From IMG/VR virus record IMGVR_UViG_3300033997_000478, positions 62,001 to 126,000 of that record: a stretch of 64,000 nucleotides of DNA; one strand, written 5' to 3'. Below the pieces are notes generated by a model. That model was given only the letters and a program-made list of their open reading frames with translations. It had not been told where the DNA came from and did not search any database. Positions within the stretch are counted from its first letter, which is position 1, and every line of letters begins with the position of its first letter. Made by a program: the position numbers and the translations under genes. Below, piece after piece: positions 56,403 to 64,000 of this stretch.

Positions 56403-56581
56403 TGATTGCCTGGATAGATCGGGTCATCAATGAGACTCATGGCAGGCATTGGGCCGTGCTCTTTATCACCGGCCATGGCTTTCCCTTGTATTGGCTGATA
56501 CGTCATCCGCTCATTGCCTTCAGTGTTTATCAGCTGGCAATGTTTCGAATGAAGGAGTACCAAGGACGTGAACCTGACTGA
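56402..56581 (+). CDS. Small hydrophobic protein (59 aa)
   Basis: TGATG-coupled ATG; MIAWIDRVINETHGRHWAVLFITGHGFPLYWLIRHPLIAFSVYQLAMF...; below the track cutoff. Confidence 0.55.
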   Translation: MIAWIDRVINETHGRHWAVLFITGHGFPLYWLIRHPLIAFSVYQLAMFRMKEYQGREPD

Positions 56582-56918
56582 GAAGAGCCTCAAAGAAGCC
56601 TACTACCAGCGACTGCTGTCGCGGTTCTGGCTGTCGGTGCTGTTGGTGACCCTACTGGGGGTAGGGATTATCTCGAGCGTCTATACCGCCTTTACCCATC
56701 CGGAGTTCTTCATCCGACCCGGCGGGATTGCAATCGTTCTGGCGTGGACGCTACTCACCGGAATCGTTGCACTGTTCCACGGCAACAATAACCGATCTAT
56801 CCACGCGCTGGAGAACTACTTCGGTTATCAAGGGGATCGTGCCAAAGCACGACACGAGCACTTCTGCACCAACCTCCTGCACTGCGCCATGGTGCATAAC
56901 AGGATTGACGAGGAGTAA
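56568..56918 (+). CDS. Two-TM membrane protein
   Basis: Hydrophobic FWLSVLLVTLLGVGIISSVY and GGIAIVLAWTLLTGIVALF. Confidence 0.7.
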   Translation: MNLTEKSLKEAYYQRLLSRFWLSVLLVTLLGVGIISSVYTAFTHPEFFIRPGGIAIVLAWTLLTGIVALFHGNNNRSIHALENYFGYQGDRAKARHEHFCTNLLHCAMVHNRIDEE

Positions 56919-56925
56919 ATAGGGG

Positions 56926-57189
56926 ATGGGGATGGAAAAGATTGAAGAATCTGAGTACAAATATCGCACGGCCTATCTGATAGCGTTTGTCTTTGTACTA
57001 GCCATGACGCTGATTGATCTGGCCCTGTTGATCTGTGGTCTCAGGGGATGGGTGGAGATCTCTCTACTCACGGCGGGTAAGTTGTTTGTCTGCCTGCTCG
57101 TACTGGTGGTGGTCACTCGCCTGGTGTGGGAGTTCTACGATGCTCAGCGTGAAGCCTACCAACAGTTCAGGAGCCAGACCGATGCTTAA
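56926..57189 (+). CDS. Two-TM membrane protein
   Basis: AYLIAFVFVLAMTLIDLALLICGL and LFVCLLVLVVV. Confidence 0.7.
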   Translation: MGMEKIEESEYKYRTAYLIAFVFVLAMTLIDLALLICGLRGWVEISLLTAGKLFVCLLVLVVVTRLVWEFYDAQREAYQQFRSQTDA

Positions 57190-57421
57190 GCGTATCGCCG
57201 CCAGTGCTGCCCAAATCATCATCTGGGCCATGATGCTCGCCGTTTCAATTGCCATGGTCTGGGTGGCGTGTTGGGTCCGCCAAGCTGCACCGGAACTCAA
57301 GGACCAAGCCTACCTGACGGCAATCACCGCCGTGGCGATCGCCTTTGTCTGGATCATCGGACTGAGCACGATCAAGCGGCTCCGGTTCTACGACAGCCTC
57401 AAGGCTAAGGGAAGCGCATGA
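57182..57421 (+). CDS. Two-TM membrane protein
   Basis: ATG 57182 (MLKRIAASAAQIIIWAMMLAVSIAMVWVACW...). Confidence 0.7.
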   Translation: MLKRIAASAAQIIIWAMMLAVSIAMVWVACWVRQAAPELKDQAYLTAITAVAIAFVWIIGLSTIKRLRFYDSLKAKGSA

Positions 57422-57723
57422 AGGGCATGGGCAACTACACGCACCAGTCGCTGGTGTATGCAAGCGTCCACCGGGCGTGTGCGAGCGCTCGCACTGCCTG
57501 GCGCACCACGCTGCTGATAGCTTTGGTCTACGCAGGGATTACGATCCCGATGATCATCGCCAAGCCCGAGCGCACGCTGTGGACCTTCGTGGTCCCAACC
57601 CTGATCGCCCTCGTGTTCGGCGTTCTGGCATACGTCTTCTATCGACGTATGGTGCGTGCCCAACAGCAGCTGGACCATCTCACCGAGTCCTCCGGCATCG
57701 GACGACTGTGGGACGATCTGTAA
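57418..57723 (+). CDS. Two-TM membrane protein
   Basis: LLIALVYAGITIPMII and LWTFVVPTLIALVFGVLAYVF. Confidence 0.7.
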   Translation: MKGMGNYTHQSLVYASVHRACASARTAWRTTLLIALVYAGITIPMIIAKPERTLWTFVVPTLIALVFGVLAYVFYRRMVRAQQQLDHLTESSGIGRLWDDL

Positions 57724-57782
57724 CCGCATAGGGACGGCTGCGGCCGTCTCTTATGCCCTCAAAACACAACAGGAATGAAATC

Positions 57783-58544
57783 ATGGCACGCTACAAGAAA
57801 CGCACCTACGAAATCCACAGCAACGGAACGGTGGAGACGTTCACCGACGAGGACAAAGTGTTGTCCTTCCTGCTCAACAGGGCACGCGACGTCACGGCTC
57901 TGTACGTCATCACTGGTGGTGGGCGACGTGTCTTGAGTCCTCTGACTAAGGAACTCAACAAGCCGCTGGACCTGTACAAGTTCCGCCACTGGATGTGGAT
58001 GTATCAGGACCGGATCAAGGGTATCTCTCCAGACACGGCCCGTCGCATGGGTATTCAACAGTACCTGCGCGGTCGTGCGGCACCGCTGGATCACAGCGTG
58101 CGTGCTACCCGCGATGAACTCAAGTTCAAACGCGAACTGGCCGATCTCAAGTACGCCCACAAGAAGTTGGCCGAGGACAACGACCGCCTGCGCGCTGAAA
58201 ACAAGCAGACTCAGAGTCTGCTGAACGAAGCAATGAAACTGCACATCAAGCACTGGATGGTTGAGCAGAACGGCGGCCCTATCGCCAGTGACCAGTACCG
58301 TTTTGCCACGCTCTGGTTGCCACAGCCTGCCGTATTCAAGAGCGTAGCTGACGTACTGGCCTCCATGCACTATTTTGGTACGTCCGGTAAAGATGCTGTG
58401 CGTGATGTGTGGGATCGCAAATATAAGAAAGAGCCCAACTCCACCAGCCTCTATATCGCCGAGCTCAACGGTGACAAACTCACTCTGTGGTGGCAGGGCA
58501 ACTACGACGCACTGCGCTACCGCATCTCCAAATTTACCAGGTGA
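57783..58544 (+). CDS. Hypothetical protein with central coiled coil
   Basis: AGGA RBS, ATG 57783 (MARYKKRTYE). Confidence 0.8.
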   Translation: MARYKKRTYEIHSNGTVETFTDEDKVLSFLLNRARDVTALYVITGGGRRVLSPLTKELNKPLDLYKFRHWMWMYQDRIKGISPDTARRMGIQQYLRGRAAPLDHSVRATRDELKFKRELADLKYAHKKLAEDNDRLRAENKQTQSLLNEAMKLHIKHWMVEQNGGPIASDQYRFATLWLPQPAVFKSVADVLASMHYFGTSGKDAVRDVWDRKYKKEPNSTSLYIAELNGDKLTLWWQGNYDALRYRISKFTR

Positions 58545-58548
58545 AGAA

Positions 58549-59226
58549 ATGAAGAACAAAGACCTTACCGGTCGGCAGTTCGGTAAGCTTACGGTTCTTC
58601 GTGCAGATGGAGCTCGAGCGCGCCGGGACTACCGAGAGGTTTTGTGGCTGTGCCGCTGTGACTGCGGCGTGGAAAAGACCATCGGTAGTCGAGCCCTCCT
58701 TCACAAGGTCCACGGCAGTAAGTCGTGCGGTTGCGTGAGGAGCCAGAAGCTCGTCGCTGCCGCCTACAGTACCAAACACGGGCTCAAACAACACCGACTA
58801 TACCCGATCTGGAAAACGATGCGTATGCGGTGCAACAACCCGAATAACCATAAGTACGCCAACTATGGCGGTCGGGGAATTCGGGTCTGTGAACGCTGGT
58901 CAGACTTTAAGACCTTCTTGGATGACATGGGCCCATCATTTACAGAGGGTTTGAGTCTGGATCGCATTGACGTCAACGGGCATTACGAACCGGGTAATTG
59001 CCGCTGGGCGACTTACAAGGTCCAAGCCAATAATCGTGAAAGGTCGGGACGCCTCCAAGTTGTCGTCAAGGTTCCGGACACCTTGGACGATTCAGACCTC
59101 TCGAATTGGATGGATGTGGCTGAGGTGGTCAAAGTTCTCCAACCCATCCAGAAGCAACACGACAGCCCTTTCAAGTTTTATCGCCGCATCACATCAACCG
59201 ACGTTATCTACAGCCTGGAGCTTTAA
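58549..59226 (+). CDS. Free-standing HNH homing endonuclease
   Basis: DLTGRQFGKLTV, WLCRCDCG, SCGC, LYPIWKTMRMRC, YGGRGIRVCERW, SLDRIDVNGHYEPGNCRWAT. Confidence 0.9.
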   Translation: MKNKDLTGRQFGKLTVLRADGARARRDYREVLWLCRCDCGVEKTIGSRALLHKVHGSKSCGCVRSQKLVAAAYSTKHGLKQHRLYPIWKTMRMRCNNPNNHKYANYGGRGIRVCERWSDFKTFLDDMGPSFTEGLSLDRIDVNGHYEPGNCRWATYKVQANNRERSGRLQVVVKVPDTLDDSDLSNWMDVAEVVKVLQPIQKQHDSPFKFYRRITSTDVIYSLEL

Positions 59227-60696
59227 GTGAAGCAATATCTCGATCTTCTGCGTGACGTTCGCGAGAATGCACGTTACAAGCTGGACCGCACCAAGGTCGG
59301 CTGCTACTCAGTCTTCGGTCGACAGGTGAGGTTCAATCTTGCCGATGGTTTTCCGATGTGCACCACCAAGAAGCTGCACCTGCGTTCGATCATCCACGAG
59401 CTGCTGTGGTTCCTCAAGGGTGACACCAACATCGGTTACCTCAAGAGCCTGGGCGTGCGCATCTGGGACGAATGGGCCTCAGCGTCGGGAGATTTGGGGC
59501 CGATCTATGGGTTCGGCTGGCGGTACGCGCCCGTCGAAAATCCCAAGCATCTGGTCCAAGTTGCGATTCGCTCCGACCAAGATGCCGACTACGTGGAACA
59601 GATCCCCGCGTTCCAACCGCCCATCAAGTGCGATCTCAACAATGAACGCATGTGGGCCATCGAAGACCTGGGTGCAGACGGCGGGAACACCCGCTACAAG
59701 GTCCAGTTCGCCTCTGGTTTCATTGGTGAGATCTCGCGTCCGAACTGGCGTGCATTGACCGACTACGATGTGGTCGATGGTTACGCACGTACAGTGTGCG
59801 GTGTCGGCTATCTCGGTAATCCGGTCCTCAAGCACGACCGCCTGTACGCTCTTTGGCGTAACATGTTGGCCCGCTGCTACGACCCCGCACACCCCAGCTA
59901 TCCGTCGTATGGCGGTGCGGGCATCACTGTCTCGCCGATCTGGCATAGCTACGAGCAGTTCGTTCGCACGACAACGCGGCTACCGCTGTACGCACTGTGG
60001 AATATCCATCCGGGTAACTACGACCTGGACAAGGATTACTACGGAAGCGGCGTGTACTCGCCTAGCACCTGTGTGTTCATCCCACAGGAACTCAATGCCG
60101 CTCTCCCGAAGGACGGTATCGCGCTGGCCGTCAAGGGGCAGCTCTTTGCGAACTGGGAGGCCTTCGCGCGCCACAACCGTATTCGCCCGGATTACATCAA
60201 GGCTCGAATCTCTGAGGGGCATAAGTGCGGCGAATTCCACCCGGACGATTTTGAAGAAGTTCGTCCGAAGGAAGGGTTCTTGTATCGACAGAAGTTCTAC
60301 GTCGACCAGATCGCTGATGCCATCCATACGCTGCGAACGTCCCCGGCTTCCCGTCGGATCATCGTCAACGCCTGGCTACCGTCACTGATCGCAGACCAAG
60401 CACTTACCCCGTGTCATGCCATGTTCCAGTTCTACGCTGAAGAGCTGACCCTGCAAGAGCGCGCCACCCTGTACATCGCCAAGCAGTACCCGGAAGGCAT
60501 CAGTGCGGCGCAGTACAACGCTGACCACCTGCTGGGTCTGGTCAAGATCTACGAGGAAGAATCCAAGCTCACCTTCCATGGCGAGTACGGTGCTGCTGGC
60601 CAGCCGGAATTGGAACAGCGACTGGAAATGATCGAAGTGATCCTCGAAGAGCACAAGATCCCGAAGCATCGCCTGTCCTGCCAGCTCTACCAGCGT
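59227..60696 (+). CDS. thyA: Thymidylate synthase exon 1, with in-frame HNH-like insertion
   Basis: DRT.VG, TTKKL, ELLWFL.G, IWDEW, LGPIYG, SRRII, PCH, YQR; ends CGT at the intron 5' splice site. Confidence 0.93.
59527..60300 (+). mobile_element. HNH-type endonuclease domain (~258 aa) inserted in frame in ThyA
   Basis: [12 protein letters not shown]...[10 protein letters not shown]...W, LDKD....[14 protein letters not shown] between [10 protein letters not shown] and VDQI. Confidence 0.8.
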
Positions 60697-60799
60697 AAAC
60701 AACACTGCGCCATTGCAGCGTGAGCTGCATTGAAACACATTCCTTAAAGCAATACATGTCCAGGAAGTAGTGTTCCGGGGCAATGACAGGAGAATTAAT

Positions 60800-61387
60800 T
60801 TGAGCGAACCACCGTCTGAACCAGAGGAATTCTGGAAAAGAGTCGAGAAATTCAAAAGACTAGAAGTCTCCAATCTGGGTGGTGCGCGAACGGTGTGGCC
60901 GCACAAGGTTAAGGTTCTTCAGCCGATGAAGGCACCTTCCAGTAAGGATCATTACCTGAAAATTTCAGTTAGTCCTTCGGAAGGAGGTAAACAAAAACAG
61001 GTCATGATCCACACCCTCGTTGCTGAAGCTTTCATTGATCGACCATCGGGTATTGTCGATATGGAAGTCAACCACAAGGATGGGGTAAAGACGAACAATG
61101 TTGCGACGAATCTCGAATGGACAACCCACCAAGGGAATATCCAACATTCGTTCGAAAGCGGATTGAGGGCGGCGTGTGTCGGTGAACTTCATCCACAGGC
61201 GAAATCCGTCCGGGCTATAAATGTGATGGACGGCGAAATTATCGCTGCCGGGACCGTTGACGAGTTGGCTCAGAAACTGGGCGTCGAAAGATCCTTCATT
61301 CGAAGGAGATTAAATGGAACCGTCACATCCATAAATCCTAAATTGCCTTACCGAATCGAAGGTCTGGGAAAGGGCAACACTACCTGA
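60800..61387 (+). CDS. Intron-encoded NUMOD4-HNH homing endonuclease (P2 loop)
   Basis: EVSNLG..R, IHTLVAEAFI, VNHKDGVKTNNVATNLEWTT...N..H; AGGAGA RBS before TTG 60800 (GTG 60770 alternative). Confidence 0.9.
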   Translation: MSEPPSEPEEFWKRVEKFKRLEVSNLGGARTVWPHKVKVLQPMKAPSSKDHYLKISVSPSEGGKQKQVMIHTLVAEAFIDRPSGIVDMEVNHKDGVKTNNVATNLEWTTHQGNIQHSFESGLRAACVGELHPQAKSVRAINVMDGEIIAAGTVDELAQKLGVERSFIRRRLNGTVTSINPKLPYRIEGLGKGNTT

Positions 61388-61530
61388 GCTAAATCAGTGT
61401 CCTCACCCAAAGGAATGTGTAAACCTCTCTAAAACGGGAAACTCTCGACTGAGACAATCCGTTGCTAAATCGAAACAACCTGAATAAAGACCTACACTAT
61501 CCTCAGGCTAGTAATCAGAGGAGAATTGTG

Positions 61531-62307
61531 ATGACAATTGCCGCCTATATCCTGACTGACCCCATCTCTGGGTTCGAGTACTACGGCAGCAGTGAAAATG
61601 TGGAAGTACGTCTTGATCGACACTTCCGCGACCTTCAAGCCAACCAACACCACAACAGTAGACTGCAGGAGCTGTACAACGCAGGTCGTGTGTTGGACAA
61701 GATCATCTTTGAAAGTAGTACAATCGAAGATGCCCGTGAAACCGAACTGGCGTTTATCAATTCCCACCAAGGTAGCTGGAGAATGATGAACATTGGTCTT
61801 GGCGTTAACGGGGGCGATAATCTCTCGAACCATCCAGAGCGGGAACGCATCATTTCGAAGATTTCTGAGTCCGTCCGAACGAGAATGGCTCAAATGTCAC
61901 CGGAAGATCGCAAGGAAAAGTGGGGACGCCCAGGCGCCAGCAACCCCATGTTCGGTAGGACCCACTCTGAAGAGGTCCGCCTTGCAAGTTCCAAGCTTCA
62001 TCGGGGGAACACCCACGCTCTGGGAAACGAATGGTCCCCTGAAGCTAGGGCAAAGTTGTCGAAAATAGCTTCCGAACGGACAGGAGACAAAAATCCTTTC
62101 TTCGGTAAGACGCATTCGGCAGAGAGTCGCGAAAAAATAAGGCAGGCCAAACTCGGCGGGGGACCGCCGACGAATGCCATGAAGGTAATGGTCAAGGGTA
62201 TCGTTTACAATTCTGTCAAAGATGCTTGCGATGGTGTCGGGATCTCGTATCCGACCATGGCTAAGCGTCTGAAAAGTGACGACCCCGATTATTCATTTGT
62301 CTCGTAA
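61531..62307 (+). CDS. Intron-encoded GIY-YIG homing endonuclease with NUMOD3 repeats (P6 region)
   Basis: AAYIL...YYGSS....R...H, GGD, NPMFGRTHSEE, NPFFGKTHSAESREKI; GAGGAG RBS. Confidence 0.9.
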   Translation: MTIAAYILTDPISGFEYYGSSENVEVRLDRHFRDLQANQHHNSRLQELYNAGRVLDKIIFESSTIEDARETELAFINSHQGSWRMMNIGLGVNGGDNLSNHPERERIISKISESVRTRMAQMSPEDRKEKWGRPGASNPMFGRTHSEEVRLASSKLHRGNTHALGNEWSPEARAKLSKIASERTGDKNPFFGKTHSAESREKIRQAKLGGGPPTNAMKVMVKGIVYNSVKDACDGVGISYPTMAKRLKSDDPDYSFVS

Positions 62308-62501
62308 AGGCCTAACGACTATCCAAAGTACCCTAGGACTAAAAGGGTAACGAGTAGAGTAGACTCCAAGTGGAGTCGAAAAGAGAGGGGTCTCCAAGGA
62401 AGGAGATCGTGATATAGTCTAAACTGCATGGTGACATGTAGCTGTCAAGCTTGAAGAACTTGACGGGTTAGGAGTAACGATCCTAACTGAAGGTCGGCAT
62501 G

Positions 62502-62798
62502 AGCGCCGACATCTTCCTTGGCGTACCGTTCAACATCGCCAGCTACGCGCTGCTGACGCACATGGTGGCCCACGTGGTGGGCATGGCGCCGGGCGACTTC
62601 GTCCACACCTTCGGTGACCTGCACGTCTACTCCAACCACATCGACCAGATCGAGTTGCAGATGACCCGTGACCCGCTGCCGCTGCCCAAGCTGCTGCTCA
62701 ACCCGGACGTGAAGAACATTGACGACTTCACCTTCGATGACATCCGTGTGGTCGGCTACGAGTCGCATCCGGCCATCAAGGGCGACGTGGCGGTCTGA
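62502..62798 (+). CDS. thyA: Thymidylate synthase exon 2
   Basis: [29 protein letters not shown]...IDDF, Y.SHPAIK..VAV; spliced product 588 aa. Confidence 0.95.
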   Translation, partial: SADIFLGVPFNIASYALLTHMVAHVVGMAPGDFVHTFGDLHVYSNHIDQIELQMTRDPLPLPKLLLNPDVKNIDDFTFDDIRVVGYESHPAIKGDVAV

Positions 62799-62800
62799 TC

Positions 62801-62908
62801 ATGTCTCACACTGGATTCTTCATCCTCTGCGGGTTTGTCATCCTCTGCCACGTTGGACTGTGCTTGGCACTCCACTTGGAGTACCGGAAGTACTACCGGA
62901 AGTGGTGA
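62801..62908 (+). CDS. Small single-TM peptide (35 aa)
   Basis: MSHTGFFILCGFVILCHVGLCLALHLEYRKYYRKW*; 2 nt after the thyA stop. Confidence 0.5.
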   Translation: MSHTGFFILCGFVILCHVGLCLALHLEYRKYYRKW

Positions 62909-62921
62909 AGTACAGACATAA

Positions 62922-62942
62922 TCCCCTCCCGATTGGGAGGGG
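62922..62942 (+). terminator. Intrinsic terminator hairpin
   Basis: CCCCTCCC-GATT-GGGAGGGG. Confidence 0.6.
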
Positions 62943-62954
62943 ACAGGAGGGCAC

Positions 62955-63149
62955 ATGCAACATGTCTTGGCAACACGAGCGAGCGGATCGCAGTTCCCCG
63001 TTCGTATCTACGACCAGCAGGTTACCGACCACGGCGTCAAGGTGACCCTACCTGCCTCTACGATGGAAACGCTGAAGCGTGAGAACGCAACCATCACACT
63101 GCGCATCCATGCCGTGGAGCAAACCACACACCGACTCATTGGGGGCTGA
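62955..63149 (+). CDS. Hypothetical protein (64 aa)
   Basis: AGGAGG RBS. Confidence 0.6.
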   Translation: MQHVLATRASGSQFPVRIYDQQVTDHGVKVTLPASTMETLKRENATITLRIHAVEQTTHRLIGG

Positions 63150-63200
63150 CATGGCCGAGCTCGAAAAGCGCCTACCCTCCACCGCAACTGGAACCGAACA

Positions 63201-63794
63201 ATGACCTGTCCCGAACACACGATCGCTCTCAAGCAGAGCTACCTCGCCTGGCTCAAGGATGCCAACATCGATCGGCAGCTGAACCAGGATCCGCACACCG
63301 TCAACACGCTCCAGCACATGTTGCCGGTACTGGAATGGATCCACACCAACCTGAAGCGCCAGGACATGGCCGCCAGCTTCTCCGGTGAGACGCACGATGT
63401 CGCCCTCGAGCACTACCGGACGTTCGTGCTGGACATGGGTCGTCAGGGTGGTAACGCCATGCTGGCGCAGCTGCTCTGCAACGAAGATACCCTGCTCTTC
63501 GACGCAACCGATTACAGCGACCTCGTCGGGTACCGCGTCCAAGGTATTCCGGCCATCGATGAAAGCATCTACGCCCACCTGAAGAAAGCCAAGGTCGTCA
63601 AGAACGACGCCGCCGCCTTCATGGCCGAGCTGGACACCAACAAGTACGTGACTGTGGTCATCTACGGAACTCGTTCGCTGTCGCGATTCATTGGCGAAGG
63701 TACGGCGAAAGAGTACACCACGCGCAGCTTCCGCGACACGCTGTTCTATTCGCCCAATCGCGAGAACCTCAAGCACGTCCTGATCATCGGGTAA
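63201..63794 (+). CDS. Hypothetical protein
   Basis: 197 aa, host-type codon usage. Confidence 0.8.
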   Translation: MTCPEHTIALKQSYLAWLKDANIDRQLNQDPHTVNTLQHMLPVLEWIHTNLKRQDMAASFSGETHDVALEHYRTFVLDMGRQGGNAMLAQLLCNEDTLLFDATDYSDLVGYRVQGIPAIDESIYAHLKKAKVVKNDAAAFMAELDTNKYVTVVIYGTRSLSRFIGEGTAKEYTTRSFRDTLFYSPNRENLKHVLIIG

Positions 63795-63800
63795 CCGGCG

Positions 63801-63980
63801 ATGTTCGGCCATTTCAACAACATGTCCCACTTCGAGTACGAGTTCTGGAAGTTCCAGATGACTGCGTTGGCGATGGGGTTCATCCTCCTCGTCCTCTTGA
63901 TTGTCTGGATCATCGACTCGTGCACGAAATGGTGTCGCAAGCGCGGCGCACGCTGGCGTCGTAAACAACCACGGAGATAA
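63801..63980 (+). CDS. Small single-TM protein with basic tail (59 aa)
   Basis: MFGHF...ALAMGFILLVLLIVWII...RKRGARWRRKQPRR*. Confidence 0.6.
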   Translation: MFGHFNNMSHFEYEFWKFQMTALAMGFILLVLLIVWIIDSCTKWCRKRGARWRRKQPRR

Positions 63981-64000
63981 TCATGGCTGACTTTTGGGCT

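Larger units (their letters stand above)
60697..62501 (+). mobile_element. Group I intron (IA2-like) in thyA carrying two homing endonuclease ORFs
   Basis: P2 ACACATTCC(60735-43)/GGAATGTGT(61412-20); P3 CCTCTCT(61424-30)/AGAGAGG(62382-88); P AAAACGGGAA, Q AATCCGTTG, R CCTAACGACTA, S TGATATAGTCT; YQR|SADIFLG junction with U and G at the ends. Confidence 0.92.

Noticed and set aside
59527-60300. Intein in ThyA
   Set aside because: No N-terminal Cys/Ser block A, no His-Asn followed by C/S/T, no LAGLIDADG or HINT motifs
1-64000. tRNA, rRNA, CRISPR array or stop-codon reassignment
   Set aside because: No cloverleaf or repeat-spacer periodicity seen by eye; TAA, TAG and TGA all end recognisable genes, and the apparent interruptions are explained by introns

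Overview
A 64-kb segment of a GC-rich phiKZ-related jumbo phage (nucleus-forming, Chimalliviridae-type gene content). It carries the two C-terminal halves of the non-virion RNA polymerase (beta, beta'), an SF2 helicase, the exonuclease/motif-A half of the split family-B DNA polymerase, a virion RNAP beta' fragment, a baseplate/inner-body structural block, early-promoter-driven small and membrane proteins, tmk, a DHH phosphoesterase, a modular endolysin and thymidylate synthase. The ORF track misses several things. (1) Three group I introns: two split the DNA polymerase into three exons, including a 97-nt micro-exon, and one in thyA carries two different homing endonucleases. (2) ThyA has an HNH-type nuclease domain inserted in frame with no splicing element. 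(3) A T-TTT-TTT slippery site with a downstream kissing-hairpin structure predicts a -1 frameshift fusing a gp26/gpG-like chaperone to a gp51/gpT-like domain. (4) A GIY-YIG gene has replaced the 3' end of the virion RNAP gene and left the original end stranded downstream. (5) A divergent Tad1-like anti-defence sponge sits behind a structured leader. phiKZ gp equivalences come from remembered motifs and synteny, not from searches. No tRNA, rRNA or CRISPR array was seen.
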